Positions 49,845 to 62,488 of a DNA stretch of 64,000 nt are shown one piece after another. Numbering within the stretch: the stretch's first letter is position 1; each line of letters starts with the position of its first letter. Under the pieces are notes generated by a model. It did not search any database, was not told the DNA's origin, and saw only the letters and a program-made list of their open reading frames with translations. Source of the DNA: Phoronis australis. Lineage: Eukaryota; Animalia; Phoronida. The stretch spans positions 195,165 through 259,164 of the forward strand of contig NMRA01000056.1 of NCBI GenBank assembly GCA_002633005.1, given 5' to 3'. The position numbers and the translations under genes are program-made.

Positions 49845-51628
49845 GTAAGTGTCGCTTGCATTCGACCAAGTTGAATGTCAAAATACTCATTCACTACGTA
49901 TTGTCGGTTTAAGTGATAGTACTTGTTACTGAAAATTAAAACAATGAAACTCCCATGATTCTTTTGAAGTTCTTGGTATTAATGACATTGAAAGTTAAAC
50001 CATATTGAAGTTACGTTCCACATGACTAATAGCAATCTTCGATATCAGAAATGCCAACTTTTGAGCTGGAGCATGAATCGCTAGGGTTGCAAAAATTGAG
50101 TTACTTGTCACCAACGTCCTCGCTAAATGAAAACATTAAATCGCAGTTGATTGGAAGTGAATGAAATCGATGTGATCTTGCTAAGAAATTTGAATTATGT
50201 AAATGAGGCAATGTCTTGTTAGCCCTACTTAAATCTTCATCTAGTATTGCTAAAATGTTAAAAAAGTCACGTACATAAACAGGGCGAAGTTTTCTTGGCT
50301 GCAGTCGAACCTTCACCTGACAGCGTAGGGCAGTCATCTGGTGTTTGCTAAGGAAACTGAACATATGGAATTTGATCCAGTCTTATTCTCAGAATGTCGG
50401 TTGTATCTGCCTATCGTGGGGAACTGAGTCTTGCCAGTACTTGCTGGCCTCGAATCGGCAAAAAGGTTTTCCAATGAATCGATTCCGTATACATTCCAAT
50501 TCCTACCACATTTAACCGCTATAAAATTTGTCTCAACAGTGTCCGACTGGGATTACAAGTGATTTCCGATATGAGAAGACTATACCAGGGACCACTTTAG
50601 AAAACGTGGTTATGGGTCAATTGACTCACAGATCCTAAGTCTATAGGCCAATTTGGGTCACGTTATTTTTTCTGTTCATTTTCGAATCGATTTTTGGGAG
50701 GGAAGCAGTTTGTGAAATTTCTTTTCGTCTGCTTCCTCAGTATGTTATGCCAGGAGTCAGATTGGTCTTAACAGCTAATGGCAATGTAGCTGAACCAAAC
50801 ACTAAGCCCACAGTTGGGATCTAAATTTTCACAAAACGTTAGATAACATATACCATTGTTGATTTCTGGCAATGAAGTTTGGATCTGCTGCCCTGTTTGC
50901 CGTTGTGTCAGAATTTGAATCGAATGTGTATAATTCAAGGCAAAACCAAGGTATTTGTGGCAATTTTAGTGCACCCGTTACCTCAATAATAGTAGTTACA
51001 GCTCCTAAAGAACAATTTCCACATGCCTGGCGTTGTGTGCTCCTAAAATTATACCTGATTACAAATAACTGTTGCTGAAGGTTGAACTCAGTGATTTTGA
51101 AAATGGATTTCATAGGTTGCCAGGTATAAACAGCAATTACAATAAGTAGAAGATGAACGTCAGTGGCAGACAACGGTTAGAAATGGCGATTTAAAATCAA
51201 ATCGGTAAAATATAACAATGGATTTTGTTGCTTTGTAGCTCTAGTCCAAGCTCAAACTTCAAGCAGTCTATCCCAGCCAACAGTATTCCAAACATGCATT
51301 TTTGGCGTATATAAAAATCATGTGTTGGCAGTAAAAACAATAAACTCACTCTGTTGACTAAAATGACAAAATGCAATGTGTTGAGAATTTGTTGTCATAA
51401 CCAGGTTTTGCAAGATTGTGGTGTTTTGACTGGCATTCACAAGGGCAGTCCAATGTAGTATTAGGTCCCTTCTGTTTACTGCTTTTGTGTGATCCTGAAC
51501 TTATCAGGAATCAAGTTGTCACAAAGTCATTGACCCGAGGAGCTTTAAATATTACATTCCAGCTGTGTTGACTACACTTGTTTTTGAAAGAGCTGCTGAA
51601 TTGTCAGTAATCATAGCACAGTTGGGCA

Positions 51629-51781
51629 TAGGCAATGATCATCGCCTCTGTTGGCCCGAAGCAGAGGCGATGTAGAGGCTATAGGCGCTCTGTACGCCGG
51701 AAGCTTTTCGGCAAATTATGCCTCGCACCGACTAAACCATCAAAGTCACGTTGTTGAGTCAGAGGCGATGGTCATTGCCTA
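51629..51781. mobile_element. Small MITE with 9-bp TSD (Mutator-like)
   Basis: 22-bp TIRs TAGGCAATGATCATCGCCTCTG / CAGAGGCGATGGTCATTGCCTA; AGTTGGGCA duplicated at 51620-51628 and 51782-51790. Confidence 0.85.
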
Positions 51782-52531
51782 AGTTGGGCATTTTTATGTG
51801 GAACATTGATATTGTTAAATTTATTGAAACATTTGTTTTTTAGATTTGCGTCTCATTCAAGTTTAATGTTAAATGTTGATAATTGTAATTATATGTGACA
51901 GTCTTCAGTGGGAGACATGTCAGGAAATGGTGTTACAGCCAGTCATTTGCTTCACTTATGCAATTTTTACCCGAGGTTCAATCTCCACATTTTTTTCTAC
52001 AGCATGATAAAAAAATCAAGTAACTGTGTCTTTGTGCTTCGGTGACTGTATGCCTCGGTTACGGTCTGTATAATTACACCTGACACACCTACGCCACGAG
52101 GTGCGTTTTGCAGGTGAATCCGTTATAATGAATTGCTGTGAAGTCATACTAAAGCTTACACGTTCTGAATAGGTTATGTTGTCATAATTTACACAAAGTA
52201 TGACCTAGTGTGATGAACATCTGTTTGTACATTGAATTGCAGATTGTTCATATTCAGGTGCTTTCCAGAGTGATGAGAGAGAGGAAGCAACTTTCACTTG
52301 ATCCACAACAGAAGTTCATACTATGGCTCACTGATTTGAAAACACATGGATAAATTCCAGTGTCATCCCCTCCTATTGTTTGATTAGGTTAAGTTCACTG
52401 ATTCCAGGTTGTTGACATCGGCTGTTATTGAAATTCTCCCACTTTATCAGTCGCAGCAGCCACTGATTATACAGGGGTAGATTCTTTCTTGCAGTAAGGA
52501 AATGGATGGGACTTGTTGTCCTTCATCCATG

Positions 52532-52892
52532 GATTGAAGTCACCTTGTCACACTATTCATGGGCTGGCTAACAATTGTGGTTGTAAATAAACCAACGTGC
52601 TTGTTCAGCATACGAGTTTCAAAGTCAAAAAAGAAAACAATAAGTATAACAAACAACGAACACGAATGTTATAAAGTTGACTAAAAAGCAAATAGTAATC
52701 GTCTTTGAATTTTTAAAATCAGTGCATTATAAGACTGAGAAATTAGCGGATAAGTTTTCTTCAGCATCGCGGCTAAGCCACAAGCATTAGTTTGTAAATC
52801 GATTAGGACGCGTTAGTCACAGTCTGTCTTCGGCTCGCTTAAGGGTTGGAATAATAAGAACCCAAATGTTAGCTTAGGAGTTGTCTCATGAG
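52532..52892 (-). mobile_element. MITE family B, copy 5 (partial)
   Basis: Reverse complement of the family B 5' three-quarters. Confidence 0.8.
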
Positions 52893-52989
52893 CATTTCAC
52901 CTTGTTGTGTGTGGATAACAATCACATGAGGTTAGGAGTTGTCTCATGAGCATTTCACCTTGTTGTGTGTGGATAACAATCACATGAGG
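52874..52989. repeat. 58-bp tandem duplication spanning a family B end and its flank
   Basis: TTAGGAGTTGTCTCATGAGCATTTCACC...CACATGAGG x2. Confidence 0.9.
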
Positions 52990-53567
52990 CAAATTTCACT
53001 CGAGATATTCAGCTCAGCTCCTAGCTTTCTAAATCGCTTTTTTCTTCTGCTTCTGAAATCAAGAAATTTTACTGTAATTGCCCTTCTGTGTACAGAGCTG
53101 TGGTTCCTATTTGTTTTCCACTTGAAGGAACATTTGCACACACATGCCACATTCTCCTGTCATTTCTTTTTGTTTATTTTGGAGATGACAGCCTACACTA
53201 AAAATGTTTAGAGGAGAAATTAGTTTTCTGCCTGTGACATTTGGCGTTTTCCCCCGTTGCTCCCAACTTGTTCGATTCTATAGCCCAACAACAAGTTCGG
53301 AAGATCACCTCTGTTGCCAATATCTTACACGACTGATTGACTCCATTCTAGCATTTATGGTTGGAGGGCTGGCTCTCTTTTGTTCAATAACTGCTCTAAA
53401 CTGGGATTGATCAGATCATATCTAGCCTGACTGGGCTGTGCTGCTAAAAATAAAGTAAAGTTACAACTTATTTGAACACAAACCAATAGCATTTCTGAAT
53501 TCCTTGTTGATTAGTTTTTGAATCACCTAAATCGCCCAACTACAACAGATTGAAATTAAGACAATCC

Positions 53568-53713
53568 ATTCTGCCAGGTTTCAGTAACCCTTTGAAGCCT
53601 GGGTTATAATTGGCCTACTTGTTGTCATATGGGACAAAAGATTCTGCCAGGTTTCAGTATCCCTTTGAAGCCTGGGTTATAATTGGCCTACTTGTTGTCA
53701 TATGGGACAAAAG
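53568..53713. repeat. 73-bp tandem duplication
   Basis: ATTCTGCCAGGTTTCAGTA.CCCTTTG...GGGACAAAAG x2. Confidence 0.9.
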
Positions 53714-56700
53714 ACTGTGCTGGGCAGTTAACAAAAGAGCCAGATGTTATTGCACATTCAGAACCCCTCATGTCTGGAAAAGTTGCTGAGCAGTCATGAA
53801 TAAAGACATTTCACCATAGCACTTTGTGTGATTCTATGGGTAGTATTATAGGGTAGGTAACCAGTGAGGATATGTTTTCTGTCACATTCCATCCTATCTG
53901 TTAGCATTTCCTGTCTGTCTGACGTTTTGTAAGCCACCCTACGTCATTCCTGTGACAGTGGCTGTTTTCTTAACCTTTCCAATCCTCTATTGTAACCCTT
54001 CCCCTGTTTGGATAAGCCAACAAATCACAACAGGGTAATAAATTACATCAACAAATATCTTGATAATCTTTAATTGTGGGTGTGTTTTTTAGCAACAAGT
54101 GAACTGGAAGTCTCTGTAGTTTTGCATTATTCATCTGGAAGTTTGGCAAAGAGTTTTCTGGTTTATGTCAATGTGCATTCTGGTAGTGATTATGTAGAGT
54201 GGGCTACCAACATCCTCTGAAGTCCTAATCGTTTGAGATAATAATGGGAATCAACTAAACTTCAAATTTGAATGATTTTTTGGGACATTGATGCAATTTT
54301 ATTGCTGTGAGTGCAAAAATCATCGCCACGTAGTGCACAAAATTTTAGTCATTGATCTTGTGCAGCTATAACCTTACGGAAAAACTTCTGGATTTTACGT
54401 AGTCCTAAATCTCATTTCTTCGCTTTGTGCTGTTGCTTCTTCCTAAATTTTACGTGAAAATGACACATTTTGCAGGGACCTTGAGTACAAGCTTTTCTCA
54501 ACCAAAATTTAATCCCAGAAACAGTAATATTGTGTCCACATATACAATATGTGGGCGCACATTGCCGTCACCTCTGTTGCTAGTCTGGGCATTTGGCGTC
54601 TGCTGCTGTATCTCCTGAATCAGCCCTGGCACGATCACAAAAAGATTTTGGAGATGTGCTCCTATGATGCTGACAACAGATGACAATGAGTTTTGGGGAC
54701 CGATCTGACTACTGCTGTGCCCGTTAGTGGCCTTTTTATTTTTTTTCTCTTGTCTCTGTATCTCTGGATTTCCATTATGGATTTTCATGAAATTTGGCAA
54801 ATAGGTTTCTTTAAGGAGACAACACCTTGCCATTTTCTAATGGATTTTATGTATTCTTTGCCATCTAGTGGGTATTTTTATATTTTTATTCTATTTATGT
54901 GTGTTTATTGGCGTCTGCTATACTGCTAGAAGCCAAAAAATTAGCAGCTACGTTCTTGCTGAGAAGACTACGGGTGGCGTTGATTTTGGACGACTACGGC
55001 AACACCGCCTAGTGATATTTTTTGGTTTCTGGATCTTTGTGGAATTTGTATTTTCCAGTGTATGTGGCAACGAATGATGTCAAGTGTTGGATGATTTGTC
55101 TATCGCTGTTCCTCCAAATGGCAATTTTATTTTGTTACGTTTACCTAGTTGTAGCTTTAGAGCTCCTTGGCAGGTTTTCTTGAAACTTACTAGGGGGCTG
55201 CCATCAAAGAGACGACGATGTATTCCCATTTTTGAATGGATTCGATGTATGCTGCACTGCATCGTGACCATTTTAATTGTTTATGAGTGTTTTTTGGCAT
55301 CTGCCTCTCTATCTGCCAAATCATTGTGAATATTGATAGATGTGCTCCTACCTTGAAAGTCATGGTTGAGGTTGATTTTCGGTTGGCGTCTCCTAGTGAC
55401 AGTTTTGTTTGTTTCATCCACAGCTGTATCGTGCAACCTCTTTCTCTGAAATATGACGAGCGTTTTCCTTCGAATGTGGCCATTTAGCCGATGACAACTT
55501 TTTCAGACTTATACGACTTAAACTGCTGTGCTATGCAGTGGCAATTCTATTGATTTTTGGAGGTCCTTGACGGATTTTCATGAAATGCGGCAAGTGGGCT
55601 TCTAGGGAGATGACGGGGCCTTCCCATTTCAGACCAGTTTGACGTATTCTGTGTCACCTGGTGGAATTTTTAATTCAAATAAACACCCCTAGAAGCATTT
55701 GGCACATTTCAGTGCCCTGTGGTGCTCTTGTTTTTTAATCTTCCAGCATCTCAAACATTTTCAATAACGTTTTTCAACAGTTGGTTGACCTGTCTCTACA
55801 AACTGCTAGTGCATATTAACTTTTTCTTTAGGCCTCACCTCATTCCCACCTAGTCATGCTGCCTAAGCAATTACTGACAATAAGGCAATCAGGCAGAAGT
55901 TGTCTGCTTAGTGCAAAATCTTTGATACTGTGGACATTCAATCAGGGCCATTCAAGGCAAATAGCTGATTGTGTAACAGGCCTATTTGTCACATGTTGTC
56001 AGCTGGCCCCTGTTATAATGTTTATGTCATTGAATCACAATATGTGTGTGTGTAGTTGTGGTCACAGCACTGTGTAATGTGACAGGGTTACCCTGTGGGT
56101 TACATGCTTGAGAGAAGGATGTGTATTTGATTGTGGAGAGGTATACATGGAAAAGGTCTTGGTTTGTTCAGTGGCATATGTACATCTGGGAGATGGCTGA
56201 TGGTAAAAGGGTTACTATACGGTAAATATAAACATGTGGTCTTCCTAGTGGTGTTCTTTTTCGACTATTTGGCATAGTTTTTCACTGTGAAATGTGTTGA
56301 ACACAGGCAACTGAAAAATGACATGGCCGAATGATGAATTTTCAATGAGTTTGGCATTTGTCCTCAAAGGCACTGAAGCACATAAAACTTGTTTTGGAAT
56401 CAAAAGCGTATCCCACCTGCTCCCCGCTTTTTACTGTCATCTCTGTACACTAATCGAACTTTGTGTGTATTCGTGATGTCAGGTGACATGAATCTACTGT
56501 TTGAAGGATGTTATCCTGTTCAGGTCTGAGGTTTTTCCATCATATGTGGGACTTCTTCAACGATATTTTAAAGTGTTCAACTCCAGTAATAAAAGATAAC
56601 CTACCTTTGTCACTTTAGCTGGATTTTATCTACTGGTGGAGCACTAATTTGAAAGTAACATTAATCTATTCTGGAGCAAAAGGTGCTCTTGTTTTGTGGT

Positions 56701-57602
56701 TAGCCAAGAGGTCTGAAGACCATTTTTCATAATGTTTTATCCTAAATTACTTTTGAATATGCTGGCCGACTCATTGGCTAATGGGCTGTTGTTACTCAGC
56801 GATGAATAAAAACCGTTTCATGTCTTGACTGGATTACAATGAGTAATTATTCAGCTCGCAATATGGCTGACAAGTGAAATTCTCAGTATTTTGTTTAATT
56901 TCTCCACAAAAGAAAAGTTTAAGAACATTTTAATAGATTAAAGGAATGGATTGTATCGTGCAGATGTCACAAATGAGATTATTAGCTAAAATCCTTATTA
57001 TTTGTAAAATGGTAATCAGGCTTTGGAAAATGGAAAATGACTGTTTTGGCAATTATTTTTGTGCGAATTAGGTGGAGAATGATGATAAATTGCTTTCAGT
57101 TTAAAAGGTTTTGAATGGTACCTGTCATCTGAGACTGTACGGTGCTGCTGCCGTGACTACTGTGTGCATGCTTGTGTTAATATCCCAGCTTTTAAATTAA
57201 ATACCACTACAGACCATTAGCACAGGCTTATAAGTTCGTTGAACCTTCAAAAGCTTGTTTCCTGTACATGTAGTTAGAAGTCTACTCATGGTCAGTAGTC
57301 CTGAGTATTTGAATGATGACTGGCCGTTGACCTAGCATGCCGCCAACTTTATCATCTCCAATATTTCTTCATGATGTATTTGGGCAAGTTTTCCTCCCAT
57401 TGCTAGATTATAATAGATGCAGTGAGGTGCCTGAACTGGAAATGAACTGCGTTAATTTTGAGGATGTGTGTTTTTCAACAGATTTCTACCCTACCTTTTG
57501 TCCTTAGCATGCATAGGAACGAAATTTTGAAATTTGCATTTTTTGTCAGTTTGTGACTGAGGAGTGAAGTCTCTGCCGTTTAGCTGGTCTGTTGGTGTTT
57601 TA

Positions 57603-58109
57603 AGGCCCTTTCATATTGACTTAACTCCGGTCTTAGCAGAGTGTCGACGTAAACAGCGCAGTTAACTGGACCGTTCATACTGGCTTCGGTAGTTAATGAA
57701 CATCGAAGTTAACGGGAGGTGACGCCGTCGTCATCGAAGTTACCGCAAGGTAGCGTTGCAAGCTAATATTTTTTTCAGTGTTTCAAGTTGAAAATATTTA
57801 CATGTGCTAAGTGACATTAAACTTATTTTTAAATCGATTGGTCATTATTAGAGCAAAATATAAGCAACTATTAGTGACAGCACTACCTTGTAACTGTTGA
57901 CGGTAACAGTGGCACCTGGCGATAACGTCGATTGGACTGGAATTAAGCGTTCATACTGCACCGCAGCGTCGACGCTGCGGTCTTAAATCCACCTATTAAC
58001 TGCGATGTTAAGTGGAGCTGTTAACTGCGATCCAGGACCCGAGTTAAGCGTTCATACTGACCTCAACTCCCCAAACCATCGACGCGTCAATGTTAGTATG
58101 AAAGGCCCT
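57603..58109 (-). mobile_element. MITE family A, full copy
   Basis: TIRs intact, TTA TSD (57600-57602, 58110-58112); empty-site copy of the target immediately downstream. Confidence 0.92.
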
Positions 58110-58159
58110 TTAGGGACATTGTCAGTCTGTGCCGTTTAGATAATCTGTTGGTGTTTTAG

Positions 58160-58255
58160 GGACATTGTCAGTGCAATCAAAATAAAGCGTAGATTTCGTA
58201 CAAAACACCGCGGGCCATGCAAACAGTCTCTTAGGCGTCGAGTGATAAAGAAAAG
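58160..58255 (+). CDS. Putative PDE4 cassette exon encoding a highly basic peptide
   Basis: gtgttttag| acceptor and AAG|GTAATT donor; 96 nt, phase 2-2, open frame DIVSAIKIKRRFRTKHRGPCKQSLRRRVIKK; CpG-rich relative to flanks. Confidence 0.45.
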
Positions 58256-59158
58256 GTAATTTCTTCTGGCGGAGGTTTATACCTCAGTGTTCACTGATGA
58301 TTTAACACTGTTTAACATAGTTTAACTATTCTTTAACCTGACCTCTAAGATTGATAATATTTTCACTTTCAATAACCCATTCAGTCTGCTGCAAATTAAA
58401 ACAGTGTTCTTTGTAGTGCCTCATATTTTGCAATTACTTATCATTACATAACGTTATGTTGACAATTTATTCCTCAAAGTTAGCACCCATTGCCTAACCA
58501 CTCACCATTGAAATTTTCGCTCTTGATTGCAAATGCTCCACTGTCCTAAGGCCAACCTCCAATTTTTAAGATCAAGGCTTGTTTGTAGAGGCCAATATCA
58601 CACGAATTTTCCCCTCTAAATAAATAGTATGAAACTTGCTTACGATAAAATCTCACCCAATATAGGACTCCACATGGCGTACAAGGGATTTTATATTTTC
58701 TATTTTTTCGTGAACATCAAGCGTCACCTCTCCATAAGTTCCGCACCAGAGCTACCATTAGACCATATTTTGTAGAATTGCAGGTTTCCATAACAAATGG
58801 GCTTTTGAAAAAATAAAATTAAAAAGATAGTTGTGACATTTTATTCTTGTACGAATTTGGTATGTATCTCTGAGTAATCAACAGTCAGATTTCCATTGAC
58901 TCATCTTGCCTTATTCGAGTGGGGAAGATACCTGTAGTTCCACAATGGTTTGTTTGTTGTAAGTGCATGGGGTAACATCTCGCCAATTCAGTGCACAATA
59001 GGGCTGACAAGGGAAAATTTATTTTCTTACTTTTTGTAAAAGACAAGTAGAACCAAATTAACGCACAACCATTTTCAAGCTTCTGTGCATTCAAGGCAAT
59101 GCTACAACCTCTTGAATATTGAAAAAAGGGCAACAGGGCATATTTTTATGCGGAATTC

Positions 59159-59285
59159 ATCATGAGGCAACTCCTATGCCTATTGGTGCACCTAAGCCAG
59201 ACTGTAACTAACCCCTCCTAATGCTCGCGGTGCTAAAGAAAACCTATTCGCTATTCTCTTATGCACCTATTTTAAAAATTCAAAG
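59159..59285 (+). mobile_element. MITE family B, copy 6 (short, deleted)
   Basis: CATGAGGCAACTCCTA...CCTAAGCCAGACTG...AAGAAAACCTATTCGCTA...TTTAAAAATTCAAAG. Confidence 0.7.
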
Positions 59286-59975
59286 CGTTGGTCTTTTCTT
59301 TGAGGGTGGGGTGGAAGGGGGTTATGGGAGGTAGCAAAATGTGTTCTGTCAACAGTGCAGGCTGTGGGATATTGGATTCACATCATAGAATGGTTGTTTA
59401 CGTAAGGTAGAGGACTCTGACTACTAGTGTCCTGTAAGTGTGTATCAAGGTACTACTTGTTTACATCAAATACATTGCTCAATATGTCACCGTGAGAATC
59501 TAACTATGAAAGTTGATATCATTGATATCAGTTTGTCTTGTTTGTGAATAATGCGTGTTGCACTGATCATAATGCACCCACGTTAATCATAAATCCATCT
59601 TAATAATCAAAACAGTTGTCCTGTGTGGAAGCACAGTGTGGTTTCTGATTGGGTTGAACTAAATTTCAATTATTCTTAAAGCCCAGGTTGACTAGATCAG
59701 TATGTTTCCCACAATGCAACACAAGTCAGTATTGAAATGTAAAAGTGCTCTGCTACCTGGTTCTTATAGTCTGGTGATTGTTCATGTACAAATAGATACC
59801 ACTGATGCAGCCACTCATTTTTATGTATCTATTGTAAACAAAATATCAAGTGTTTTTAGCTTGTAATGGGCAACACACTTGTCCCCTTTTGGTATAGCAG
59901 TCTACCATGCATACAGAATGTTCCACCGTCACAAATTACATTGTGATAATTTGGGCTGTTGTGTTCTATAGTACA

Positions 59976-60430
59976 CAAGGTACCTAAACTACATGGTCAA
60001 CGGACTCATAAACAAGGGCACGGCATGGACACATGAACACGACTCACGGACCTGCAAACACCGTCTACTGACTCACAAACACGGGAACGGACTCACAAAA
60101 CACGATCCACGCACCCAAATACTCGGGACACGGACTCATATTCACGAGGAAACACGGTTAATGGACCGCGAAACACAGGTCACGGACTCATCGGCTTCCT
60201 GGGTCAGCTGACATCTTCATTTTGTCCGTAAACCATGTTTGGCGGTCCGTTAACCGTGTTTCCTCGTGAATATGAGTCCATGTCCCGTGTATTTGGGTGC
60301 GTGGATCGTGTTTTGTGAGTCCGTTCCCGTGTTTGTGAGTCAGTGGACGGTGTTTGCAGGTACGTGAGTCGTGCTCATGCATCCGTGCCCATGTTTATGA
60401 GTCCGTTGACCGCGTAGTTTAGGTACCTTG
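59976..60430. mobile_element. Foldback MITE family C, copy 2
   Basis: Same termini and spacer (TCATCGGCTTCCTGGGTCAGCTGACATC) as copy 1; 5-bp TSD GTACA. Confidence 0.9.
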
Positions 60431-60741
60431 GTACAGGTCCAAATTGTCACACGCAAGAATTGTTGTCACGATTTAGGTCGTTGTGGCTGTTTGGGCATGC
60501 AGAGGGCACTTTGACGTCATTGCAGTTTCTGAATACTGAAGTCATGTGAAGGATAACTGACCCAGGTCATCATGTACTGTGTCAGTTTGCACTGCATCAG
60601 ATTTGTCATCTAAACAACGCGCAGTACAGTCTGCCTTTGCCACAATTGTTCTACTCATCAAGTTGAAACTGTCAGATCTTGAAAAGTGGAAGTCCATGTA
60701 TGGTAAAGGTGCTTTAATTTTGAACACAATATGGTGGAATA

Positions 60742-61189
60742 CTCACGAGACAACTCCTACGCTAATATTTGGAGTTTTGTTGCCCCAATGCCTAAGGGAG
60801 CCTGAGCCAGACTGACTAATCGATTCACAAGTTAGTGCTCGTGGCTTAGCTACGATGCTGAAAAAAACCTATTTGCCTATTTTTCCTATAATGCATTCAA
60901 AGACGGCTACTATTTACTTTTCAATTTTAAAAACAGTCATGTTGGTCCTTATCTTTTCGTTTTTTGACTTTGAAACTCGTAAGCTAAACTTGTTGGTTTA
61001 GACCGCAATTATCTCATCCAACACGTTCTGCCAAGCCCATGAATAGGGACTAGCTCACTTCAATCTCTGATGGCGCCATCAAGCCTTTGGTGGGCCGAGG
61101 AATTCACTGTATACTCTTGGGTGAACAGTATACACTCTCTCATCCACTTGCGTGCAGATCTTGTTATAAGTGTAAAATTTGCCTAATAG
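60742..61189 (+). mobile_element. MITE family B, copy 7
   Basis: CTCACGAGACAACTCCTACGCTAA start; colinear to TTTGCCTAAT end. Confidence 0.85.
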
Positions 61190-62488
61190 CGAAACCGTAT
61201 TTTATGAACAAAATCAAGAAAATGAACCGGAAGAAAAACTTCATTACTTGCACAGTTTGCATTGTACAGCTGTCACTAACAAACACATGGTGAAAATTCG
61301 AGTACTTTAAGGATGTATTCAACTGTTGAAAAATGGGAAAATGACATCTTTGGGGAATTTTTGAAACCTCAATCGCCTTGACAACTAATCTACCTCCATC
61401 AAGAAGTGTAACTGTGGCTTATTACATAGTACTGGGTTGGTGAGCTAATTAAAGGTCTTGGCTTGTCTATGTTTATTCTGGCGGCTGCCACTGTGTGTCT
61501 ACAAGCCAGATATTTATCTGATGGTTTATTTGGATACAGGATGCTCTAATTAGAAGCAGCAGCCTGGGTTGTTCTATCTGGCAGAGCAGTCCTAATGAGA
61601 TCTGCCAACTGTTATTTTTGCTTGCCCTTTTGACAACAAATATATATATGTAGCATTATGGACCTTGCAGTATTTTTCAAAAAAATTGACATTATATTTC
61701 TTCCCATGGAAAATTGATGAAATTTCGAAGCAAACATTTTGTAAGAATTTAATTTTCTTTTGTGTCTGATTTTGTCATGAGTTGTCACCATAAATTCGTC
61801 GAAGTCAAACGAATTTCGCCAAAAATTGTTGACTTTTTTGAAAACTACTGCAGAGCTTCCCTGCACTGGCATAAAAGGGTAATCCAACAACAATTCTTGT
61901 GCTCTAATTCAAAGTTAAAATTTAAATTTGCACTTTGCATAAATGTTCCGCTGTTGCCTACGAGAATGGGAAGGTCGTATTATTGAAGTTCTCGTATCTA
62001 CTGAGCAAGGGTCTCTACTGTATGGAGGGTATTGTACATCCATCACAAGTGATCACAGTCCTATTGTGGTACTGTCAATCAAATCTTTTGTTTCACAGCC
62101 TTGACAGTAGCTGTTTAGGTCTCCAGATTCTAATTGGGCGCTTAACATTATGGATGCAATTAACTGCTATTCCTTGACTGATTTCTGTTTTGTGTGTTAA
62201 AATTTTCCATTCATTGTTTTCATATAATGCCTGCTGTCTGTGTCCAGTTAGTGGTTCCTCAGGTTTTTCTAACATCAATTTTGAAAATCGATAAAAAACA
62301 ATGACTTCAAAATGTTTACACAACTTCCAGGTAGGCTAATCGTCAATCGTGCTGAAAGTATTGCAAATTGAGGATACGACTTAGGTTATATTTAGCATTA
62401 TCAACAACTTTTCATCGACACCATGAATATAATCTTGACCATACACCTATAATGTTTGAATTAGTTTCCAATGTTGTCCTTTTTGCAG

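Noticed and set aside
55080-55500. Several overlapping ORFs, possibly LINE ORF1-like on the minus strand
   Set aside because: Interrupted by stops; similarity too vague to call without a search.
60579-60702. Open frame ending ATG|GTAAAG near CRE 60512
   Set aside because: Phase 1 donor and no suitable start or acceptor; cannot join UCR1 in frame.
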